64,000 bases of DNA from Macrostomum lignano (lineage: Eukaryota). The notes under the pieces are model-generated. The model was not told where the DNA came from. It saw nothing but the letters and a program-made list of their open reading frames with translations, and did no database searches. This document shows, in pieces, positions 25,901 through 36,602 of the stretch (positions are counted from its first letter, which is position 1; each line of letters starts with the position of its first letter). The stretch spans positions 1-64,000 of the forward strand of contig NIVC01000921.1 of the NCBI GenBank assembly GCA_002269645.1, in the 5' to 3' direction. The position numbers and the translations under genes were made by a program.

Positions 25901-26798
25901 AACTGCCAGGAGGAAACTACCAAGGGAGCTAGTAAGGAGAAACTACCAAGGGGTAACTACCAAGGAAGCTAGTAAGGGGAAACTACCAAGCGAGCTAGTA
26001 AGGGGAAACTACCAAGAGGAAACTACCAAGGGAGCTAGTAAGGGGAAACTACCAAGGAGCTAGTAAGGGAAAACTACCAAGGAGCTAGTAAGAGGAAACT
26101 ACCAAGGAGCTAGTAAGGGAAAACTACCAAGGGAGCTAGTAAGAGGAAACTGCCAGAAGGAAAGCTACAAATTGGGGAAACCAGGCATATTCAAGAAGCG
26201 AACCGCGCACTCTATTGCAGATGGTGATCACGGAGCACCGGATAACGGAGATCTACTTCGCCTGTCAGGACAACACTCGGCGAGCCAATTTTGCTTACGT
26301 TACTAAGGACAGCGTGAACGGCGTACACTATTGCCACTGCTTCGCCTCCCACTCACCTGTGAGTCTAACTGTGGCCCAGTATGGCAGTGTTGCTCACTTC
26401 CCACTGAGTCTCATCCTAAAATTTGTCCTACAGAGATCTCATGCCTGATAAAACTGTCACACAGAGATCTCATGCCTGAGAAAACTGTCCCACAGAGATC
26501 TCATGCCTGAGAAAATTGTCCCACAGAGATCTCATGCCTGAGAAAACTGTCCCACAGAGATCTCATGCCTGAGAAAATTGTCCCACAGAGATCTCATGCC
26601 TGAGAAAACTGTCCCACAGAGATCTCATCCTTAAGAACAAATCGTGACAACCCACAGGAGACGGCAGTGCTCATCATCCAGACCCTGTCCGAGGCGTGCG
26701 GCCTCGCCAATCAGCTGATCGAATTCAACCAGCTGCGCCGTCAGCTGCAGCCAGACGCCCGCAGACGATCGAGTCGGAAGCGGAACAAACAGACTTGA
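16999..26798 (+). CDS. ANKS1/AIDA-1/Odin-like SAM-SAM-PTB adaptor protein (no ankyrin exons seen)
   Basis: Exons 16999-17025 (putative first exon MDGPSTWAE, less certain), 20944-21147, 21492-21600, 23435-23583, 24021-24728, 25350-25508, 26221-26358, 26658-26798; phases are compatible. SAM1: LLAHGFDCAGFINGVLSDADLQELGV...RRRILAAV. SAM2: ...ELQMRFGLHKLGHRRRVF. PTB: YLGF...KLPRIRLTVCYRGVKFI...VITEHRITEIYFACQD...FAYVTKD...HYCHCF, closely matching the ANKS1-family PTB. Confidence 0.8.
18015..19744. mobile_element. Non-autonomous TIR element (hAT-like ends) carrying a CT-rich interior
   Basis: 5' end CAGTGGCGCGTCCAAGGG versus reverse complement of the 3' end CAGGGGCGCGTCCAGAGG. The 8-bp flanks match only 5/8 (CTGTCTGC/CTGAGTGT). 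No transposase ORF. Confidence 0.5.
20355..20890. repeat. Degenerate ~35-bp repeat built on GTTGCTATGG, intronic
   Basis: About 12 units; the motif continues to about 21230. Confidence 0.8.
22190..23250. repeat. 20-bp minisatellite with higher-order (60-80 bp) organisation, intronic
   Basis: Variant monomers GTGGCATCTCTCAGATCAAA / GTGGCGTCTCTCATATCAAA / GTGGCGTCGCTCAGATCAAA / GTGTCATCTTTCACACCAAC recur in a fixed order. Confidence 0.9.
25040..25255. repeat. 31-bp minisatellite (TGGTAGAATGGCGCCAACTCTCAGAAATTGA), intronic
   Basis: About 7 degenerate copies. Confidence 0.85.
25615..26160. repeat. Composite minisatellite (GGGAGCTAGTAAGGGGAAACTACCAA-type), intronic
   Basis: Tandem copies. Confidence 0.85.
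26405..26630. repeat. 31-bp minisatellite (CACAGAGATCTCATGCCTGAGAAAACTGTCC), intronic
   Basis: About 7 copies just before the last acceptor. Confidence 0.9.
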
Positions 26799-26894
26799 TT
26801 GGAATTCGAAGATCAAAAATTTGATTCTGCCACTACATAATCGTAGCTATAGAACAAGCATGACAACAGGAGGCTTCCAAGGATTTCTTCGAAT

Positions 26895-27460
26895 CGTGTG
26901 AATTGAAGGCCGATCAGCAACTCAAAATCGTGTGAATTGAAGGCCGATCAGCAACTCAAAATCGTGTGAATTGAAGGCCGATCAGCAACTTAAAATCGTG
27001 TGAATTGAAGGCCGATTAGCAACTTAAAATCGTGTGAATTGAAGGCCGATCAGCAACTCAAAATCGTGTGAATTGAAGGCCCAATCAGCAACTCAAAATC
27101 GTGTGAATTGAAGGCCGATCAGCAACTCAAAATCGTGTGAATTGAAGGCCCAATCAGCAACTCAAAATCGTGTGAATTGAAGGCCGATCAGCAACTCAAA
27201 ATCGTGTGAATTGAAGGCCGATCAGCAACTTAAAATCGTGTGAATTGAAGGCCGATCAGCAACTTAAAATCGTGTGAATTGAAGGCCGATCAGCAACTCA
27301 AAATCGTGTGAATTGAAGGCCGATCAGCAACTCAAAATCGTGTGAATTGAAGGCCGATCAGCAACTCAAAATCGTGTGAATTGAAGGCCGATCAGCAACT
27401 TAAAATCGTGTGAATTGAAGGCCCACAAAAAACTTAAACTCGTGTGAATTGAAGGCCGAT
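26895..27460. repeat. 34-bp minisatellite (AAATCGTGTGAATTGAAGGCCGATCAGCAACTCA), 3' of the SAM-PTB gene
   Basis: About 16 copies. Confidence 0.95.
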
Positions 27461-28044
27461 TCAACCTACGCTGCTTTTCAATATTCGTTGATGAGAAAAT
27501 GATCTCAGAAAAACTACAGTTGCTACATTTGACCCGACGTAGTCTCTATTGTCCATTATCTTTCATGTCATCATTTTATTGATAAATAATCGCTATGCAT
27601 TCATTATCAGTAAATTAATATAAAAGACAAGACACTCGGGAGTTTTAATTCGATTTGCTCGCCAGCACAGTATTATAATATATGCATATATTGCTCATAA
27701 TAGTAGCATGAGTTAAACAGTGCATTAATTAGATCATACTATTATAACAAATCAAAAAGCAGGAAACAAACCAAGTCTGTGGTCTAAATTTATAACAAAT
27801 CTATTGTGCAGAGAGGAATCATTAGCAATGTATTCTTGGATGCATTGAATTTACCATCATAATAATAATAAATTAACTATTATTATAGATATAGTGACAA
27901 CAAAAATAAGCACAATACTAGCTAGATTATATATAATGTCAGAAAATTCAATTTAAAATCAGCCTCATCTACCTACTGCTAGTAGCGTCTGCTGAATATA
28001 CAAACATGAACTAAAATAGTTGAATCAAAAACTTTTAAAAATGT

Positions 28045-29081
28045 TTATCGGAAATTCTCGCCCGAGAACACGCCCTTGGCGCGACGGAACACGCTGTCCT
28101 TGCTGGCATCGTAGGGATGCTCCTTCGAGGGGATCTCCAAAACCGACGGCAGAGGCGCCGTGTGCTGATCGATCACGGGACGGATCATCTCGGCAATGTG
28201 CTGCACTACAAGAATGATTGACACGTCGTCTCGGGCTACCAAGCGTTTGAAGGCCTCCTCGATATCGTGCACTCTGAGTAGCGGGCGAGGGCGACCAATA
28301 TTTAGTTTACCGACTTTTAAGTCAGCAGGTTCTGGACAGGTTTAGGAGTGACTCTTGGGGTTTAGGGGCGATTCTTAGGGTTGAGGGGCAATTCTTAGGG
28401 TTTAGGGGCGATTCTTAGGGTTTAGGGGCGATTCTTAGGGTTTAGGGGCAACTTTTAGGGTTTAGGGGCGATTCTTAGGGTTTAGGGGCAATTCTTAGGG
28501 TTTAGGGGCGATTCTTAGGGTTTAGGGGCGATTCTTAGGGTTTAGAGGCGATTCTTAGGGTTTAGGGGCGATTCTTTGGGTTTAGGGGCCACTTTTAGGG
28601 TTTAGGGGCGATTCTTAGGGTTTAGGGGCGATTCTTAGGGTTTAGGGGCGATTCTTAGGGTTTAGGGCGGATTCTTAGGGTTTAGGGGCGATTTTTAGGG
28701 TTTAGGGGCGATTCTTTGGGTTTGGGGGCGATTCTTTGGGTTTGGGGGCGATTCTTAATGTAGCTTTAGGGGCGATTCTTTGGGTTTGGGGGCGATTCTT
28801 AATGTAGGTTTAGGGGCGATTTCTAAGGTAGGTTTAGGGGCGTTTTCTATAATAGCTAAGATCTTTTGGTAGGGCTTAGGGGCAGTTCCTGAACACAAAA
28901 GCACACACATTAAGCGAGTGGCCAGCCCACACCCCGCTCACTTGGTGTTGTTATCCACAACAAAAAAATTGTTGCCCTTCCGCTTATCCGACTCGCCAAT
29001 GCCGCCGAGCAGGAATCCGGTGATTGTGTCCTCGTCTCCGATGATGGCCATCAGTTTACCTCTGGCGGCTGCTAGCGACAT
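28045..29081 (-). CDS. ATP6V1F: V-type proton ATPase subunit F
   Basis: Exons 29081-28942 and 28273-28045 (122 aa): [23 protein letters not shown]...[11 protein letters not shown]...[17 protein letters not shown]...[20 protein letters not shown]. Confidence 0.95.
28350..28870. repeat. 20-bp telomere-like minisatellite (TTAGGGTTTAGGGGCGATTC) in the ATP6V1F intron
   Basis: Tandem copies containing TTAGGG. Confidence 0.9.
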
Positions 29082-29169
29082 GACTGAGTGAGTGGGAGAA
29101 TCACTGCTGCAATGCGAGTGGGAGATCGTGTGATGCGCTGCGAGCGTAGGCCAGCCTATCGTCGAGTCT

Positions 29170-29462
29170 AAGCGAATCTCAGTGTGGCATGGGCGAATCT
29201 CAGGGCGGTTTAGGCGAATCTCAGGGTGGTTTAGGCGAATCTCAGGGGGGTTTAGGCGAATCTCAGGGCAGCTTAGGCGAATCTCAGGGGGGGGGGGTTA
29301 GGCGAATCTTAGGGCAGTCTAGGCGAATCTCAGGGGGGTTTAGACGAATCTCAGGGCGGTTTAGGCGAATCTCAGGGGGTTTAGGCGAATCTCAGGGCGG
29401 TTTAGGCGAATCTCAGGGGGGTTTAGGGGAATCTCAGGGCGGTTTAGGCGAATCTCAGGGCA
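29170..29462. repeat. 21-bp minisatellite (TTAGGCGAATCTCAGGGCGGT)
   Basis: About 13 copies upstream of ATP6V1F. Confidence 0.9.
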
Positions 29463-30309
29463 GATCTCTCGTAGTTTAAATAATTTAAAAAGCCTAACAA
29501 AACTTACAAATAATCAAAATTCTCTTCGATCGCTTGCGTGCCATTTTGACATCAAATTTATTAAATAAAAATTCTCAAAAAGCAAAGATAGATCCACATA
29601 GATGTGCAGAATAGAATAACAAGCATAGTAATATTAATTCGTTGCAAAGCAAATAGAGCTAAGCTTTTATTATTGCGTACTACGGCTCGTAACTACTGTT
29701 CATAAGTAGCGTCTTGTCAGTAAACTATTTAATTTGATGTACAGATAGTAGCAATTTGGGCAAAAATTTACACAACAAAAACCGGAATGCAAAAAGTAAA
29801 GACATGAATGATACGTGGGTATTATAGCATAAAATATGCTGGGTTGTGAACAAAAGTACTCTAAAGATATTAATGTTTTCTAATTCTAAAGATACTGTCA
29901 TTATGGGACAAAGTAACGGGAACTCAGAAATTAAGAAAATAAAAAATATAAATAGCTTTAAAAACGCGGATTTAAATACTGCAACTCAATGCTAAAACAC
30001 ATTCGCTGCTCTCACTACTCAATAAGATATGAAGCGGAGATGATGGGATTTTTTGAAAGACAACATAACTTAATTAAGGCATGAGCGCCAGGTGCAAATA
30101 AATGTTTTTACGCTTAGAAATACTTTTTTAACTGAGTGCTTTAAATGGGCACTAGCTATTGGAGCTGTACAAAAACTTGCCGATATGTAGCGCAAATAAT
30201 ATAATAGTGCAGAAATTTCATCGCATAGACTATACATTAAGCGTGTGTAAGGCTTTAAATCAAATTGGCAAGCATGTGCTGCAAAACTGCTATTCAGGGA
30301 AAGTGATAG

Positions 30310-30900
30310 GGCTCGAGAGGAGAGGAGGAATAAGAGAAAAAGAGAGGAGGGGCGAGGAAATGAGATGAGAGAAGAGGGAAGAGAAAAACAGATGACAAAA
30401 GAGAGAAAAAGAGAGGAGGGGCCAGGAGATGAGATGAGAGAGATGGGAGGACAGAGGAGATGAGATGAGAGGAGTTGAGAGGAGAGAGATGCGAGCAAAG
30501 ATGAGATGGGAGGAGGGAGATAACGGAAAGATGAGATGAAAGATGGGGTGAGAGGAGATGAGAGAGGAGAGGCGAGGAGAGGAGAGGCGAGGAGAGGAGA
30601 GGAAAAAAGAGGAGAGGAGAGGAGACTGGAGGAGATGAGAGGAGAGAGGAAATGAAAGGAGAGAGAAGATGAAAGGATATGAGAGGAGAGGAAACGAAAC
30701 GAAACAAGAGGATAGGAGAGGAGAGCAGAGAAGAGAAGAGAGAAATGAAAGCCAAAGGAGAGGAGACGAGAGGAGATGAGATGAGATGAGATGAGATGAG
30801 AGAGGAGAAAAAGAGGAAATAAGATGGGATGGGGGAGGAGGGACGGGGAGTAAAGAGGAATACAAACAGAAGAGAGAAGATTAGTGGCAATGGCAACAGA
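30310..30900. repeat. GA-rich low-complexity tract
   Basis: Direct reading. Similar tracts at 40185-40790 (19-bp AGAGGAGAGGGACGGGAAG) and 63870-64000. Confidence 0.85.
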
Positions 30901-31032
30901 TGAAATAAAACTGACAGATGATACAATACAGTGATATCCGTCGCAAACTAAAATCCAAGATTACACGCAACTAAGCGATAAGGATGGACAGAATCAATCA
31001 ATTGGAAAGAGAAGGCGAGCTAGTCCAGCCAG

Positions 31033-34000
31033 CTAGTCGTCGCAGGACACGTGTGTAAACAAATAAGACATGCTCTCATTATTGTGTATGCGCCGGATGC
31101 CCTCAGCAACCAGCACAGACACGTCTACAGTTTTGATTTTGTGACACTGCATCTTCTGCACCTCGTGCGGCACTGTGTTGGTGACCACTACTTCGTCTAT
31201 GCGACAGTCGTGGGCGGCTATTTTAGTAGCGGCATCGGCGCTCAACAGGCCGTGGGTGGCCATCACGATGACTCGGTAGGCGCCGCGGTCGTGCAGCAGC
31301 TCGGCGGCTCGTACAAACTGTTCAATATCGTCTACCATGTCCTCTACGATGATGGCGATGCGACCGGAGACGTCGCCAACTAGCTGCATGTGAGCCTTCT
31401 CCTTGGCCACAGGCATTGGGAAGAATTTCACTCCGGCATGGTGCAGCGGTCTGGCGTTTGATTGCCGAAATTACAGCATGTAAATTAATGCATGACTAGC
31501 CCTCCTACGCAATCCCTGCCTTACCCTCATAGACAATCCCTGTCTTACCCTCCTAGACAATCCCTGTCTTACCCTCCTACGCAATCCCTGCCTTACCCTC
31601 CTACGCAATCCCTGCCTTACCCTCCTAGACAATCCCTGTCTTACCCTCATAGACAATCCCTGTCTTACCCTCATAGACAATCCCTGTCTTACCCTCATAG
31701 ACAATCCCTGCCTTACCCTCATAGACAATCCCTGTCTTACCCTCCTAGACAATCCCTGTCTTACCCTCCTACGCAATCCCTGCCTTACCCTCATAGACAA
31801 TCCCTGCCTTACCTTCATAGACAATCCCTGCCTTACCTTCCTAGACAATCCCTGTCTTACCCTCATAGACAATCCTTGTCTTACCCTCATAGACAATCCC
31901 TGTCTTACCCTCATAGACAATCCCTGTCTTACCCTCATAGACAATCCTTGTCTTACCCTCATAGACAATCCCTGCCTTACCCTCATAGACAATCCCTGCC
32001 TTACCCTCATAGACAATCCCTGCCTTACCCTCATAGACAATCCCTGTCTTACCCTCATAGACAATCCCTGCCTTACCCTCATAGACAATCCCTGTCTTAC
32101 CCTCATAGACAATCCCTGCCTTACCCTCATAGACAATCCCTGCCTTACCCTCATAGACAATCCCTGCCTTACCCTCATAGACAATCCCTGTCTTACCCTC
32201 ATAGACAATCCCTGCCTTACCCTCATAGACAATCCTTGTCTTACCCTCATAGACAATCCCTGCCTTACCCTCATAGACAATCCCTGCCTTACCCTCATAG
32301 ACAATCCTTGTCTTACCCTCCTAGACAATCCCTGCCTTACCCTCATAGACAATCCCTGCCTTACCCTCATAGACAATCCTTGTCTTACCCTCCTAGACAA
32401 TCCCTGCCTTACCCTCATAGACAATCCTTGTCTTACCCTCCTAGACAATCCCTGTCTTACCCTCCTAGACAATCCCTGTCTTACCCTCCTAGACAATCCC
32501 TGCCTTACCCTCATAGACAATCCCTGCCTTACCCTCCCAGTGGTACCTCCCTAGATAAAACTATCCAAAAAAGCAGTCGAGCACTTGATCAATAATAACG
32601 AAGAATGCAAAGTAAAGAAACAGCATATTCAACTCTACCAGCTATGAAACTATATAATAACTTTAACAATAAAGGCAGATTATTATAATTTATACACGCG
32701 AATAAGTCATCAGTGTAACAAAATAAAAATCCATAAAATGGCAAAGCCTATACTTGAATAACTGCATATGCTACATAGTAACTGTAACGAAATCCTCCCA
32801 ACCTCATTAAGCAAATATAATAGTGAAAGTACAGACTTCAATAATTAAAGCACTATAGTTGCCATGCAATGCAGATAATACGTAAATACCTGTGGCCCAG
32901 ACGGGCGGGCTGTTTTAATCCACGAGTTAGCCTGGAAATATTGGTTCGAAGTTTTACAGTGCTTAATGCACTCAATAGCTACTGACAGGGTTAAATACGT
33001 TTTGCTTAATAATTTTAATGTGCTACATGTAAGTACAAACCATAGTACACAACTCGAAAAACAACAATTAAAAGCGTATTGAATCTACAAACCCGGTACT
33101 TTGTGTATAAGTTTATGTACTTTTAATGTCAATATATGTACTTTAAATCTAAAAATGTACTTTTAATCTAAATTTGTAGTTTGAATCTAATCGATGTACT
33201 TTTATTATAAATCTACGCAGGTATGTACTTTTATTATAAATTTATGTACTTTTAAATCTAAATCTATGTACTTCGAGTCTAAATCTATGTACTTTGAGTA
33301 TAAATCTATGTACTTCGAGCATAAATCTATGTACTTCGAGCATAAGTCTATGTACTTTGAGTATAAATATATGTACTTCGATTCTAAATCTATGTACTTT
33401 AAATCTAAATCCAGACACGCTCTCGCAGTTCGGAACGGATTGAAGGTCCCAGAGAAACACAGAATCAAAGCAATCTAACGCACAGAAAACTATTAGGACA
33501 CTATTTGCAGAAGTACGATAACAAGCAAAACCAAAGCGCAAATTAAGATCCTGCCCGGATCTACCAGCTACTAACCTTCGCTCTTCGACAGCACCTACGC
33601 CGCTAGCGCCACCAACGCCACCAGACGCTCCGGCAGCTTCCAACTGATCAGCCTGCTGCATGGGCGGCGGCGGCGAGTTCCTACCGTCGGCCTGTTCCGA
33701 TTCCGAGTGCTCCTCGCCGTGAATAACGGCCAAGGGCAGCCGGAGCCGTTCAGAATAGGAAGCGGCCCGCTGCATAGCGGCGGCATTCCTGGCCACAATG
33801 ACCGCATTGCGATAATCCGACACGTCGTTCATCACGTATTGGATTAGAAACGAAGACGCTCTCAGATTGTCAATAGGCACGCTGTAGAAGCCTTGAATCT
33901 CTTTCTTATGCAAGTCAACCGTGATCATGCGGCTTAGGCCGGTGTGACAGAATAGCGCGGCTAATAGCCTACTAACGATTGCGCCGCGTTTTCTCATCTT

Positions 34001-34327
34001 ACTCTGCTTACAGTAGGGCAGATAGGGCATGACAACGTTAATAGTGCGAGCGTCGGCGGTTTTACAAGCGTACATCATTATAATGAGCTCCATAATATCG
34101 TTATTAACGTTCTTAGTGCCAGTTTGAATAATAAACACGTCCCTAGATCGCATTGTCTCGTTGATTTCAACACTAGTCTCTCTGTTGCTTTTTTGTAGCA
34201 CGGATACGCTGCCTAGAGGCACGGAGAGGTACCTGGATACCAGGCGGGCGAATTCCGGATGCGAGTTGCCGGCTAGAAGTACCATGCCTTTGGTTGGCAT
34301 GCCCATTGCTGTGGCCTGGCGATTCAT
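31033..34327 (-). CDS. PRPSAP: Phosphoribosyl pyrophosphate synthase-associated protein (PRPSAP1/2-like)
   Basis: Exons 34327-33576 and 31450-31033 (389 aa). [60 protein letters not shown]...[48 protein letters not shown]. The SKMRKRG and DGRxSPP motifs mark the associated protein rather than catalytic PRPS. Confidence 0.92.
31495..32540. repeat. 24-bp minisatellite (CTTACCCTCATAGACAATCCCTGC) in the PRPSAP intron
   Basis: More than 40 copies. Confidence 0.95.
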
Positions 34328-34454
34328 TCTGCCGCTGCAAAGCATCAGTATTGAAGTTGGTTGTGCAGCTGCACTGTGCATATATTTCATACTGCATGCA
34401 TTTAGCACTGATTGCTAAGGACTATCTGTGCTCCAATGATAAATTAATGGGTCT

Positions 34455-35860
34455 TAGTCATCTAAGTGTGTCTCAGTCATCTCTCTTCGTCTGTCTAAGT
34501 GTGTCTCTTCGTCTGTCTAAGTGTGTCTCAGTCATCTCTCTTCGTCTGTCTAAGTGTGTCTCTTCGTCTGTCTAAGTGTGTCTCTTCGTCTGTCTAAGTG
34601 TGTCTCAGTCATCTCTCTTCGTCTGTCTAAGTGCGTCTCAGTCATCTCTCTTCGTCTGTCTAAGTGTGTCTCTTCGTCTGTCTAAGTGTGTCTCTTCGTC
34701 TGTCTAAGTGTGTCTCTTCGTCTGTCTAAGTGTGTCTCAGTCATCTCTCTTCGTCTGTCTAAGTGTGTCTCAGTCATCTCTCTTCGTCTGTCTAAGTGTG
34801 TCTCAGTCATCTAAGTGTGTCTCAGTCATCTAAGTGTGTCTCAGTCATCTCTCTTCGTCTGTCTAAGTGTGTCTCTTCGTCTGTCTAAGTGTGTCTCTTC
34901 GTCTGTCTAAGTGTGTCTCAGTCATCTAAGTGTGTCTCAGTCATCTAAGTGTGTCTCAGTCATCTAAGTGTGTCTCAGTCATCTAAGTGTGTCTCAGTCA
35001 TCTCTCTTCGTCTGTCTAAGTGTGTCTCTTCGTCTGTCTAAGTGTGTCTCAGTCATCTCTCTTCGTCTGTCTAAGTGTGTCTCAGTCATCTCTCTTCGTC
35101 TGTCTAAGTGTGTCTCTTCGTCTGTCTAAGTGTGTCTCAGTCATCTAAGTGTGTCTCAGTCATCTAAGTGTGTCTCAGTCATCTAAGTGTGTCTCAGTCA
35201 TCTAAGTGTGTCTCAGTCATCTCTCTTCGTCTGTCTAAGTGTGTCTCTTCGTCTGTCTAAGTGTGTCTCAGTCATCTAAGTGTGTCTCAGTCATCTAAGT
35301 GTGTCTCAGTCATCTAAGTGTGTCTCAGTCATCTAAGTGTGTCTCAGTCATCTAAGTGTGTCTCAGTCATCTAAGTGTGTCTCAGTCATCTAAGTGTGTC
35401 TCAGTCATTAAAGTGTGTCTCCTCGTCTGTCTAAGTGTGTCTCAGTCGTCTAAGTGTGTCTCAGTCATTAAAGTGTGTCTCTTCGTCTGTCTAAGTGTGT
35501 CTCAGTCGTCTAAGTGTGTCTCAGTCATCTAAGTGTGTCTCAGTCATTAAAGTGTGTCTCTTCGTCTGTCTAAGTGTGTCTCAGTCGTCTAAGTGTGTCT
35601 CAGTCATCTAAGTGTGTCTCAGTCATTAAAGTGTGTCTCTTCGTCTGTCTAAGTGTGTCTCAGTCATTTAAGTGTGTCTCTTCGTCTGTCTAAGTGTGTC
35701 TCAGTCATCTAAGTGTGTCTCAGTCATCTAAGTGTGTCTCAGTCATCTAAGTGTGTCTCAGTCATCTAAGTGTGTCTCAGTCATTAAAGTGTGTCTCTTC
35801 GTCTGTCTAAGTGTGTCTCAGTCATCTGACTAAGTGTGTCTCACTCGTGTCTCACTCATC
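34455..35860. repeat. Composite 19/22-bp minisatellite (CTAAGTGTGTCTCAGTCAT / CTAAGTGTGTCTCTTCGTCTGT)
   Basis: Tandem copies between the CED-6-like and PRPSAP genes. Confidence 0.95.
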
Positions 35861-36602
35861 TAGCTAAATGTGTCCAGTACTAGTCTACCTATACTAAACC
35901 CAGAACTTATGATGGACTAACACATCCGATTGCACAAAGACAAGCAAGGACGCAGAACAAACTATTGGAATGCTAAAAAAGCTATATGAATATATTTATC
36001 AATTAAAAAAAGATTTTCAGAAATCGTTGTAAAATCTCATAAATCAAATAAAATTCAACGTGCAGACTACTTTAATTAGTTAACACACACGGGATCCATC
36101 ATTATCTAATCAGATGTAAAGATCGGACTCACATAGTATTAACTAACTAATTATTAGCAAAAATGCAATCAACAAATGAATAAAATATTCCAACTACCAT
36201 AATTAAAAAATTAAGACAGTTTAATTAATAGGCCAGAATAAAAAATAAATTGGAATTGCACAATTTGGAAGACAAAAAAGACTGTTAAAATCATTGAATC
36301 CAACATATTTTGTTGACACGTGGTTTATCATCGAAATACTACTGCTACTACTTGACCAGCATAAGTAGTCAGTATGAATATTGTAGAAGATTTTTAGAAA
36401 ATCACAGGAATCATGTGTAAATTATATTTGTCCTTGTATCGGAAATCCGTTTAAGGAAAAGCTAGATTTTGATCTGCGAAAAATTATCCAGTTAAGGGTG
36501 AACAATTTGAAATTGGGAATAAAACTACGATTGTATATGAATGATTAAAAATTCGTCACCTGGAGCAGTGCAAATCGGATTAGTGTAAATGTAGGTTAGC
36601 CA

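Noticed and set aside
28350-28870. A true telomere or chromosome-fusion site
   Set aside because: TTAGGG is embedded in a 20-bp unit inside an intact intron, with no pure or head-to-head arrays.
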